Assembly (NCBI GenBank): GCA_030265885.1
Contig: JAJDGX010000001.1
Location: 25,080 to 89,079 of the forward strand
From: Ruminococcaceae bacterium OttesenSCG-928-L11
Lineage (GTDB): Bacteria > Bacillota > Clostridia > Oscillospirales > Ruminococcaceae
Length of the DNA: 64,000 nt
Direction of reading: 5' to 3'
The translations under genes were made by a program, and so were the position numbers. The notes beneath the pieces were generated by a model. That model was not told the origin of the DNA, did no database searches, and worked only from the letters and a program-made list of their open reading frames with translations. Position 1 is the first letter of the stretch; every line of letters begins with the position of its first letter. Of the stretch, positions 51,643-59,922 are shown one piece after another.

Positions 51643-51723
51643 CGGACCGGGGGCTTCCCCTCCGATCCTGTTTTTGTTCTTCCCGCTGGTATATTCATCA
51701 CAAAAGTATTGGAGGATTCTGCA

Positions 51724-52239
51724 ATGTTTGATACGGAAAACGCGACCAACAGCATCTATCTGGCCTACGGCTCCAACATGAACCTGGAGCAAATGGAGTA
51801 TCGGTGTCCCTACGCCACGGTGATCAGTCCTGTGGAGCTTCCCGGCTACCGGCTTCTGTTTCGCGGTGGCATGGGCGGAGCTGTGGCAACCATTGAACCC
51901 GCCGAGGGCGGCGTGGTTCCCGCACTGCTGTGGGAGATCACTCCGCGCTGCGAGGAGGCGCTGGATCGCTACGAGGGCTGGCCCAGGCTCTACCGCAAGG
52001 AGTGGATTACGGTTTCTCTCGGTGAAAAGGAAGCCGAGGCCATGGTCTACATCATGAACGAGGGGCACCCCTTGGGCCTGCCCGGAAAGGGTTATCTCGA
52101 CTCCATTCTCGCGGGCTACGAGTCGGCCGGCTTCGACCGGGCTGCCCTGGAAGAGGCTGTTCATGCCTCCGAACCCGCAGAGGGTACTCGGTGGGCTACG
52201 GTCGGCACCGAGGTGATGCGGCAGATCAAGTGGTGGTAA
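51724..52239 (+). CDS. Gamma-glutamylcyclotransferase (AIG2-like) family protein
   Basis: YLAYGSNM, LDRYEG.P.LY and AMVYIM motifs. Confidence 0.9.
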   Translation: MFDTENATNSIYLAYGSNMNLEQMEYRCPYATVISPVELPGYRLLFRGGMGGAVATIEPAEGGVVPALLWEITPRCEEALDRYEGWPRLYRKEWITVSLGEKEAEAMVYIMNEGHPLGLPGKGYLDSILAGYESAGFDRAALEEAVHASEPAEGTRWATVGTEVMRQIKWW

Positions 52240-52246
52240 TTGACAA

Positions 52247-52294
52247 GGGAGCAGGGCTGTTCAATTCACAGCCTCTGCTCCCTCGTTTTTCTTT
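52247..52294. terminator. Terminator hairpin
   Basis: GGAGCAGGGCTGT/ACAGCCTCTGCTCC stem followed by a T-rich tract. Confidence 0.65.
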
Positions 52295-52345
52295 CCGCTG
52301 GTAGGTTAAGTGCTTAGAAGGTGAATGAAGATAATGCATATACTA

Positions 52346-52510
52346 TTAATCGTATTTACCATCTTTGCTGAACACAAAATATATTAACATACCTACACCG
52401 ACCACAGCACAAGCCGCACCGAGAATTGGGACAATTTTACCAAATTCAGACACCGTCATAAGTATTGCACCACCAACAAACAAAAAACCACCTGCAAGTA
52501 AATTTTTCAT
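52346..52510 (-). CDS. 54-aa two-helix membrane peptide (below the ORF-track size cutoff)
   Basis: MKNLLAGGFLFVGGAILMTVSEFGKIVPILGAACAVVGVGMLIYFVFSKDGKYD; RBS GGAGG; AT-rich patch. Confidence 0.6.
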   Translation of the reverse strand: MKNLLAGGFLFVGGAILMTVSEFGKIVPILGAACAVVGVGMLIYFVFSKDGKYD

Positions 52511-52598
52511 GTTGACCTCCACTAATATAAATACTCTACATTCTCCTAATATCTCAAATCCTGATTAGTTTGCAGCTCACCAGCACCGAAGCATTCCG

Positions 52599-52913
52599 TC
52601 AGGATTCCTCCGCTTCAATAACCCCATATTCCACAAGCGTATTCTTGTCCGTACCCGGCAAAGCCACTGATCCGGTCATATAATACTGATACCGTTTTGT
52701 CCGGCGAAAGGATTGCATCGGCTCAGGCGCGTATGCGCAGACATCAATCCCTTTTGCATATTCAGGATTCTCCCCAATATCCGTTGTTACCACCCGAATG
52801 AGCGCATCCGTCACGGCATAGATATCCTCGCCATACTCCACGCCTACTAGCTCGTGCTTGCCCAGATCGCGATCTGCTTCTCCCGGCGCACGATACACCA
52901 TGTATTTCTTCAT
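52599..52913 (-). CDS. Hypothetical protein
   Basis: 104-aa ORF with GGGGA RBS; no recognisable motif. Confidence 0.6.
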   Translation of the reverse strand: MKKYMVYRAPGEADRDLGKHELVGVEYGEDIYAVTDALIRVVTTDIGENPEYAKGIDVCAYAPEPMQSFRRTKRYQYYMTGSVALPGTDKNTLVEYGVIEAEES

Positions 52914-53028
52914 GACAATCCCCCATATTCACATAGCGCCGCTCACCGATCATGGTGGGCGGCGTATTTCTTTGTTTCAGTATACAACGAAAGTTCGTCC
53001 AAAACAACAAAAAAGGAGAGCACCACAC

Positions 53029-54189
53029 ATGAGCAATTTTCTGTTCACATCCGAATCCGTCACCGAGGGGCACCCCGACAAGCTCTGCGACCAAATCTCC
53101 GATGCGGTGCTGGACGCATATCTTGCCCACGCTCCCAGCGCCCGCGTCGCCTGCGAAACCGCCGCCGCATCCGGTATGCTGTTGATTATGGGTGAGGCAA
53201 CCTCCAACCACGAACCGGACATCATCGCCACCGCCAGAAACACTCTGCGCCGGATCGGATACGGTGATCCCCGCTTCGGGTTTGACGCGGAGCGCATTCC
53301 CATTCTTGTTGCCATGAACCGCCAGTCTGCGGATATCGCTCTGGGCGTTGATCGTTCCCTTGAGGCCAAGGTCAGCGACAGCCACGAGCTTGGCGCAGGA
53401 GACCAGGGCATGGTGTTCGGCTATGCCTGCAACGAGACCGAGGAACTGATGCCCATGCCGATCTATCTGGCCCACACACTGACTCGTAGACTGGCTGAGG
53501 TGCGCAAAAATGGGACGCTGCCGTGGCTGGGGCCGGATGGCAAGGCACAGGTTACCGTGGAGTACCGGGATGGCAAGCCCCATCGACTGGATACAGTGAT
53601 CATCTCCGCGCAGCATTTGCCGGAGATCAGGCACAGTGAGATCCGGGAGGCGCTCTGCAACTATGTGGCCGCGCCGGTGCTGCAGGAGCAGCTGGTGGAT
53701 ACCCGCACCCGATTCCTCATCAACCCCACCGGACGCTTCGTGACCGGCGGCCCGGCTGGCGACAGCGGCCTGACCGGACGCAAGATCATCGTGGACACCT
53801 ATGGCGGATTCGCTCGCCACGGCGGCGGGGCCTTCTCCGGCAAAGATCCCACCAAGGTAGATCGATCCGCTGCCTACGCTGCCCGGCATGTGGCAAAGAA
53901 CCTTGTAGCGGCAGGGATCGCCGACCGGCTGGAGCTGCAAATCTCCTACGCCATCGGCGTGGCTCAGCCTGTATCTCTGTACGTTGACACTTTCGGCACC
54001 GGCAAGCTGCCGGACGCCGATATTCTGGCGCTGATCGGGAAGCACTTCGACCTGCGCCCCTCAGCCATCATCGAGCGTCTCGGCCTGCGCTGCCCTATTT
54101 ATGCACAGACTGCCATTTATGGCCATTTTGGCCGCTCCGACCTTGATTTACCCTGGGAGCGGCTGGATGCAGTAAACGCACTGCGGTGA
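53029..54189 (+). CDS. metK: S-adenosylmethionine synthetase
   Basis: [40 protein letters not shown] and [16 protein letters not shown] motifs. Confidence 0.97.
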   Translation: MSNFLFTSESVTEGHPDKLCDQISDAVLDAYLAHAPSARVACETAAASGMLLIMGEATSNHEPDIIATARNTLRRIGYGDPRFGFDAERIPILVAMNRQSADIALGVDRSLEAKVSDSHELGAGDQGMVFGYACNETEELMPMPIYLAHTLTRRLAEVRKNGTLPWLGPDGKAQVTVEYRDGKPHRLDTVIISAQHLPEIRHSEIREALCNYVAAPVLQEQLVDTRTRFLINPTGRFVTGGPAGDSGLTGRKIIVDTYGGFARHGGGAFSGKDPTKVDRSAAYAARHVAKNLVAAGIADRLELQISYAIGVAQPVSLYVDTFGTGKLPDADILALIGKHFDLRPSAIIERLGLRCPIYAQTAIYGHFGRSDLDLPWERLDAVNALR

Positions 54190-54239
54190 TTATTGTGGTG
54201 TGAGCAGGCCAATTATGATATAGTAAGGATGGTGATAGT

Positions 54240-54671
54240 GTGAATGATAAAGAATTGATCCCAAAAGTACATAGCTCCATGTATCGTCAGATGAAGGAGA
54301 GCGGCATTTCGGTTCCGGTTCAGGTGCTGATGGATGTGGGTATCCTCTCCGAAAAAGATTACGAAAACTGGCGGTTTGGCCGGGTGGATTATCTGGAGCG
54401 GGTGTGCAAAATCAACCTGCGCAAGCTTTCGATTGTCATGCGGGAGGTCCGTGCGTTTGCGCGAAAGAACCAGTTGAAACCCTCCTGGACCTACTATAAG
54501 CAGTGGGGCCGCAAGGGGAAGCCTGCCGTCAAGCTGCGATTTTCCAAATCCGGCGATGAGGGCATCGAGCGCGGTTACGCCACACACTATGTGTCCCCTC
54601 GGCTGGCTGAGAAGAAGCCGCCTGCGGATGCTGAAACGGAGAAAACGGATGGGCAATCGGATACACTTTGA
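54240..54671 (+). CDS. Conserved basic hypothetical protein
   Basis: DYENWRFGRVDYLERVC...LRFSKSGD..IE..YATHY; RBS AAGGATGG. Confidence 0.7.
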   Translation: MNDKELIPKVHSSMYRQMKESGISVPVQVLMDVGILSEKDYENWRFGRVDYLERVCKINLRKLSIVMREVRAFARKNQLKPSWTYYKQWGRKGKPAVKLRFSKSGDEGIERGYATHYVSPRLAEKKPPADAETEKTDGQSDTL

Positions 54672-55275
54672 TTTTGAGGGAGAACACAGGCGGAAATCCA
54701 TTGAAATGTTGGAGTACATCCTCTGCTCCAGCCATTGGAGCGGCGGCAGCCTGCCCATTGAGGATGAATACATCGGCGTATTGATGTATCTGCTCCACCA
54801 CGGCAGCATGGAGGTATATGAGCGGTCTTATCCTGCTTCCTCGCGTGAATTCTCCATGGAGGCATGGCAAAGGGATCAGCACTTTGCATGCATGCTGGGC
54901 AAGCGGGAGGCAACCACAGCCACGCGGGAGATCATGGAGCGGTTCTCGAAGCCTGATCTGCGCAAGAAGATTCACAATGCCCTGTTTTATCCCGAAGAGA
55001 GGGCATATATCCGCTGCAACGGCTTTCCTGCCGAGCGCCTGTTCGAGTGCTTTGAGGACGAGGAGTGCGATAAGGTGATTGTGTTCCCGGAATGGGTGGG
55101 CCCGGACGGAGACAATGTCTTTTACACCTTCCAATGCGCGGATGGCGTGCGGAGAAGCAAGCTGCGGGAGGTATTGGATTTGATTCGGGAACGGCGTTTA
55201 GATCGGATGCGGGAAATCTCAGCCCGCATGGACAAAAGCAACCGTGTTATCCCTGACATAGCGAAAACAGAATAA
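54649..55275 (+). CDS. Hypothetical protein
   Basis: Overlaps the previous gene; followed by a terminator. Confidence 0.6.
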   Translation: MGNRIHFDFEGEHRRKSIEMLEYILCSSHWSGGSLPIEDEYIGVLMYLLHHGSMEVYERSYPASSREFSMEAWQRDQHFACMLGKREATTATREIMERFSKPDLRKKIHNALFYPEERAYIRCNGFPAERLFECFEDEECDKVIVFPEWVGPDGDNVFYTFQCADGVRRSKLREVLDLIRERRLDRMREISARMDKSNRVIPDIAKTE

Positions 55276-55291
55276 TGCACATGGCACCAGA

Positions 55292-55338
55292 AAACAGGCC
55301 GGCGTTTTGCGATAAAGCAGAGCGCCGGCCTGTTTTTT
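55292..55338 (+). terminator. Rho-independent terminator
   Basis: AAACAGGCCGGCG/CGCCGGCCTGTTT stem followed by Ts. Confidence 0.75.
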
Positions 55339-55367
55339 CATTGTGAGAAAAACAAGGAGGCGATTTT

Positions 55368-57467
55368 CTGCGATTAATTATCTGTGAGAAGCCATCGGTT
55401 GCCCAAGCGATCTCAAAGGCTCTGGGCATTGCATCCCGAAAGGACGGCTACCTGGAGGGGATGGATACCCTCATCTCCTGGTGCATCGGGCATCTGGTGG
55501 AAATGGCCGATGCTGCGGCCTATGGTGAACAGTACAAAAAGTGGCGGCGGGAGGATCTTCCCATCCTGCCTGATAAATGGCAATATTCTGTCCGTGCTGA
55601 TAAAAAGAAGCAGCTTGGTATCTTGCGCTCCCTCATGAAACGAGCTGACGTGGACACCATTGTCAACGCATGTGATGCCGGGCGCGAGGGCGAGTTGATC
55701 TTTCGGCTCGTCTACGAACACTGTGGTTGTACAAAACCCATCCAACGGCTGTGGATCAGCAGCATGGAGGACGCCGCCATCCGGGAGGGCTTCGAGAACC
55801 TGCGCCCCGGCATGGATTACGATTCCCTGTACGCCGCCGCCCTCTGCCGCTCTCAGGCTGATTGGCTGGTGGGCATCAATGCCACACGGCTCTTTTCCTG
55901 CTTGTACGGCGCCACCCTTAACGTCGGCAGAGTGGTGACGCCCACGCTGGCATTGCTGACCAAGCGGGAGGACGCCATCGCCGCATTCGTGAAAGAGCCG
56001 TTCTACACCGTTGACCTGAACTGTGGGAAATTCACCGCCGCCAGCGAGCGGTTTTCCAACAAGAAGACCGCTGAGACGATCCGTGCAGCCTGCGACAATA
56101 ACACCGCCACCGTTCTCTCGGTGGAAAAGCAGGAGAAAACCACTGCACCGCCCAAGCTGTATGATCTTACCTCACTACAGCGGGATGCCAACCGTTTGCT
56201 GGGTTTCACCGCGCAGCAAACGCTGGATTATGCCCAGACGTTGTATGAGAAAAAGCTGGCGACCTATCCACGCACCGACAGCCGTTTTCTGACCGAGGAT
56301 ATGCGCGCCACGGCAGGTTCCATCGTGAATTGGCTTCAGCTCCACATGCCGTTTGCCCAAGGGATTCCCTTCACGCCGGATATGGCGCGGGTGATTGATG
56401 ATGCGAAGGTCTCCGACCACCACAGTATCATCCCCACGATGGAGATCGCCCGCGCCGATCTGGAAGCGCTTCCCTCTGGCGAGCGGGAGATCCTGCATCT
56501 CATCGCCGCACGGCTGTTGTGCGCCACCGCACTGCCCCATGTGTTTGAGACAGTGACAGCCACCGTTGATTGCGGCAGCAACACCTTCACCGCCAAGGGC
56601 CGGACAGTTTTGCGGGAGGGCTGGAAAGCTATTGACTGGTTGTTTCGTGACAGTTTGCGGGAGAAGCCAAAGGATGAGGATTCTAATGATTCTCCCGCGC
56701 TGCCGGAGCTGGTGGTGAGCCAGACCTTCGAGGGCGCCGTAGCCTCAATTCGGGAGGGCTTCACCTCGCCGCCCAAACACTTTTCAGAGGATTCTCTGCT
56801 GGGCGCCATGGAGTCGGCAGGTGCGGATGATGCTCCCGAAGATGCCGAGCGGAAGGGCTTGGGCACACCGGCCACCCGCGCCGCAACGCTGGAGAAGCTG
56901 GTGCGCGCCGGATTCGTGGAGCGGAAAAAACGCCAGCTGTTGCCCACCGGGATGGGTGCGAATCTGATCGCTGTTCTGCCGGATACGGTCAAATCTCCCC
57001 AGCTTACTGCTGAGTGGGAACACCGGTTAAAACAGGTGGAGCGGGGCGAGCTGCCCGCCGCCGAGTTCATGGAGGGCATTGAAGCGCTAACCCGAGCCTT
57101 GGTGCGAGAACATACTACTCCTGACGCCGCCCACGCCGCCCTTTTCTCGGCTCCAAGAGGCGAGGCCGTGGGACAGTGCCCAAGGTGCAGCGGCGCGGTC
57201 CACGAGGGCAAAAAGGGCTTCACCTGCGCCGACCGCTCCTGCGGCTTCGCGTTATGGAAGGATAACCGCTTCTTCGCCTCCAAAAAGAAAACGTTGGATA
57301 AAAAGACCGCCGCCGCGCTCCTGGAACAGGGGCGCGTTTCTCTTTTCGGCCTGTACTCGCCCAAAACCGGCAAGACCTATGACGCTACCGTGATCATGGA
57401 TGCCGGTGCGGTCGGTGATAAATATGTCAACTTTAAGCTGGAGTTTGGCTCTGGCAAGAAAAAGTAA
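55368..57467 (+). CDS. topB: DNA topoisomerase III (probable CTG start)
   Basis: LRLIICEKPS TOPRIM start in frame from CTG 55368, 7 nt after AAGGAGG; DAGREGE, TYPRTDS and GLGTPATRA motifs; zinc ribbon. Confidence 0.95.
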   Translation: MRLIICEKPSVAQAISKALGIASRKDGYLEGMDTLISWCIGHLVEMADAAAYGEQYKKWRREDLPILPDKWQYSVRADKKKQLGILRSLMKRADVDTIVNACDAGREGELIFRLVYEHCGCTKPIQRLWISSMEDAAIREGFENLRPGMDYDSLYAAALCRSQADWLVGINATRLFSCLYGATLNVGRVVTPTLALLTKREDAIAAFVKEPFYTVDLNCGKFTAASERFSNKKTAETIRAACDNNTATVLSVEKQEKTTAPPKLYDLTSLQRDANRLLGFTAQQTLDYAQTLYEKKLATYPRTDSRFLTEDMRATAGSIVNWLQLHMPFAQGIPFTPDMARVIDDAKVSDHHSIIPTMEIARADLEALPSGEREILHLIAARLLCATALPHVFETVTATVDCGSNTFTAKGRTVLREGWKAIDWLFRDSLREKPKDEDSNDSPALPELVVSQTFEGAVASIREGFTSPPKHFSEDSLLGAMESAGADDAPEDAERKGLGTPATRAATLEKLVRAGFVERKKRQLLPTGMGANLIAVLPDTVKSPQLTAEWEHRLKQVERGELPAAEFMEGIEALTRALVREHTTPDAAHAALFSAPRGEAVGQCPRCSGAVHEGKKGFTCADRSCGFALWKDNRFFASKKKTLDKKTAAALLEQGRVSLFGLYSPKTGKTYDATVIMDAGAVGDKYVNFKLEFGSGKKK

Positions 57468-57482
57468 GGAGGGCATTGCAGT

Positions 57483-58484
57483 ATGAATCAACAGGAGTTT
57501 GCGGTATGGACCACCAAGACGCAAAGCAGCAGCCATCAATGGGTGGAGGATGACATCTTCCGTCAGAATGGCCGCGGCGCTATGTATTACATCGGCGGCG
57601 AGGACGGCCTCTATATGAAAATCGCAAGCGACGGCCTGCTCACTGCGGGGGATTACAAAGGCGCTGTTCCCCATATCGGTGAGGCCTTGTTCACCGTGGA
57701 AGCACAGCGGCAATATTCGGATTACAACGAGGCATTCACTGCCGCTCTGAGCATTGGCGGCCAAAAATTCCTTATGGATATGTTCAGCGGTGACACCCCA
57801 TCGCCTGATCTACACCTTGTCAAGGGCGGGACGGAGAGCGCGGATGCACAACACAAGCCACTCTATCCCCACACCGCCGCCTATGCCCACGAGCATGGCG
57901 AGCTGAATCAGTACCGGGAGGGCATCCGGCTTAACCGGGATTGCGCCGCAGCCATTGACATAGCGGTGCGGGCCAGCAATTACGAGCTGTACCGCTACGA
58001 TCTTGCAGGAGCCGCCAAGAGCGTTGTTGCTGAACACGGTTTCGACCGAACTGCATGGGTGCTGGCAAATGTAATCCGCAGAATGGATTATGACGGGCGA
58101 ATTTCGCAAAAACACAAGCAATGGGCGCAGGAGTATCCCATTCCCGATGGCTATAAGGCGGATTTTTATCTGGATACTCACCCGGCAGTTCTGGATGGCT
58201 TCATCGACCACGCGCGGCAGGAGATCGACAATCACCTCCGCGCTGCCGAGATATCCACCGAGCAGAACTATAACCTGCTGGATGGCCGCATCAACAACGA
58301 GCCCGCGCCCCACGCCGATCTCACCGATGGGCAGACCCATGAGGAGATCGCGGAGCTGGCTCCTGAAACGCTGCCTGATCCCGAAGGGAGGCCATCCCTG
58401 CTGGAGCAGCTTGCGCAGTTGAAGGAGCATCCTCCTGTGCACACATCACCGAATCACTCCGGCCATGACGGCCACGAACGATAA
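57483..58484 (+). CDS. DUF3849 plus DUF4316-domain ICE protein with RPSLL tail
   Basis: YAHEHGEL..YR...YDGRIS..HKQWA...HPAVLDGFI and AAEISTEQNYNLLDGRINN motifs. Confidence 0.75.
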   Translation: MNQQEFAVWTTKTQSSSHQWVEDDIFRQNGRGAMYYIGGEDGLYMKIASDGLLTAGDYKGAVPHIGEALFTVEAQRQYSDYNEAFTAALSIGGQKFLMDMFSGDTPSPDLHLVKGGTESADAQHKPLYPHTAAYAHEHGELNQYREGIRLNRDCAAAIDIAVRASNYELYRYDLAGAAKSVVAEHGFDRTAWVLANVIRRMDYDGRISQKHKQWAQEYPIPDGYKADFYLDTHPAVLDGFIDHARQEIDNHLRAAEISTEQNYNLLDGRINNEPAPHADLTDGQTHEEIAELAPETLPDPEGRPSLLEQLAQLKEHPPVHTSPNHSGHDGHER

Positions 58485-58556
58485 TTATCGCACATACACA
58501 CCGCATCCCACTGTTTGCTGACAGTGGGATGCTTGCTTTTTAAGGAGGAGTTCCCC

Positions 58557-58784
58557 ATGGAATTTACAAAGGAAGAGCTTGCGGTCATGCGGCCTTTTGA
58601 CGGCTCCTGCCGCGCTACGCTGCTCTGGGAGCTGCGGCAATCTCTGCCCGATGTTTATCAGCCGGATGTGAAGCGGGCGATGAAGAGCGCCATCGGCAAG
58701 CTGGCTGCCATGAACGATGATGAGTTTGACGCCCAGGGCTTGGACACGGATTTCTATCACTATGACATGGAGGATTATGAGTAA
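58557..58784 (+). CDS. Transposon-transfer assisting (TTRAP-like) protein
   Basis: MEFTKEE...R..LL.EL...KLAAMNDDEF pattern; RBS AAGGAGG. Confidence 0.75.
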   Translation: MEFTKEELAVMRPFDGSCRATLLWELRQSLPDVYQPDVKRAMKSAIGKLAAMNDDEFDAQGLDTDFYHYDMEDYE

Positions 58785-59587
58785 TGAGCGATATGCACAG
58801 GGAACAGGAATCGCCAATCCGGGCATGGTTGTCCTACTATATCGACGGCGCCATGACCGGTGCGTGGCAAAACTTCCCCATCACCCGAGAAGAGCTTGAG
58901 GGCAACCTCGGCGGTGTGGGCGTGCCGCCTGATAAAATCACGGAGATGCTGGATACGGTATATGAGACGGTCATTGAGGATTTGGATCGGCGACTGCCCC
59001 GCACCCCCGATTTGGATGAGCTGAATTATCTCGCCGCACGTATAGAGAGGATGTCGGAACACGAGCAGCTTGTCTTTGGGGCTGCGGTGGAAGCCAATAT
59101 TCACTGCGGCTCTCTGACAGAGCTGATTAACCTGACATTTAATCCGAATCAGTATGAGCTGTACCCCGGCGATTTCTCCGAGAAGGAGTTTGGCGGCATC
59201 ATGCTTGAAATGCACACCAACGATTACACGGAGGTTCTGGAACGCTTGCGTAACTCAGACGATCCGCTGGAGCATCATTTCGCCGACTATGTGGAGCGGC
59301 TGGAGGCCAGTGTTGATCTGGTGAAATACGGCAGGCTGGCGCGCGAGGCAGAGGATGGCGTTCTCTCGTCCAATGGCTATCTGTTGCCAATGGTAGATGT
59401 CCCTGCACAAATATATTCCGGCAAACAGGACATTCCTGCGGAGTACAGATTGACTGACGTGACAGAGCCGGAGCGCAAGCCATCCCTGCTGGCCGCGCTG
59501 AAAGCCGCCAAGGCCGAGAGCCGCGCCGCCGATACCGCCCGCCTAGATACACCGGAGAAAAAAGCGCCCTTCGGGCCGGAGCTGTAG
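58784..59587 (+). CDS. ArdA-like antirestriction (DNA mimic) protein with KPSLL tail
   Basis: Acidic; LDELNYLAARI...ELINLTFN and DLVKYGR...EDG..SSNGYL motifs. Confidence 0.7.
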   Translation: MSDMHREQESPIRAWLSYYIDGAMTGAWQNFPITREELEGNLGGVGVPPDKITEMLDTVYETVIEDLDRRLPRTPDLDELNYLAARIERMSEHEQLVFGAAVEANIHCGSLTELINLTFNPNQYELYPGDFSEKEFGGIMLEMHTNDYTEVLERLRNSDDPLEHHFADYVERLEASVDLVKYGRLAREAEDGVLSSNGYLLPMVDVPAQIYSGKQDIPAEYRLTDVTEPERKPSLLAALKAAKAESRAADTARLDTPEKKAPFGPEL

Positions 59588-59589
59588 GG

Positions 59590-59922
59590 ATGGGCGCCAA
59601 GCGCAATGTCATGCTGGCGATCCGTGTCACCGAGGAGGAACGCCGGCAAATCGCGCGCCGCATGGAGCAGGCCGGAGTGCGCTCCCTCCGGGCCTTTGTG
59701 TTAAAAATGGCAGTGGATGGCTACATTGTCAACCTCGATCTGTCCGATGTGCATGAGATGGTGTCGCTGCTGCGGCGCAGCTCCAATAACCTCAACCAGA
59801 TCGCCAAGCGCGTCAACGAGACCCGCAGCATCTATGAGGCCGATATACAGGATCTGCGGGAGCATTATGATAAGCTGTGGGAGCAGGCAAACCGCATCCT
59901 TAAAGGGCTGGCGAAGCTGTGA
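59590..59922 (+). CDS. mobC: MobC of the host ICE
   Basis: RAFVLKMAVDGYIV...SNNLNQIAKRVN. Confidence 0.9.
   Translation: MGAKRNVMLAIRVTEEERRQIARRMEQAGVRSLRAFVLKMAVDGYIVNLDLSDVHEMVSLLRRSSNNLNQIAKRVNETRSIYEADIQDLREHYDKLWEQANRILKGLAKL

Noticed and set aside
52914-53028. SAM riboswitch upstream of metK
   Set aside because: Only a simple hairpin with a T tail; no SAM-I or SMK core sequence is recognisable.
49913-54189. Prophage remnant
   Set aside because: The gene set also occurs in prophages, but no terminase, portal, capsid, tail or integrase gene is nearby; both flanks are ICE backbone.
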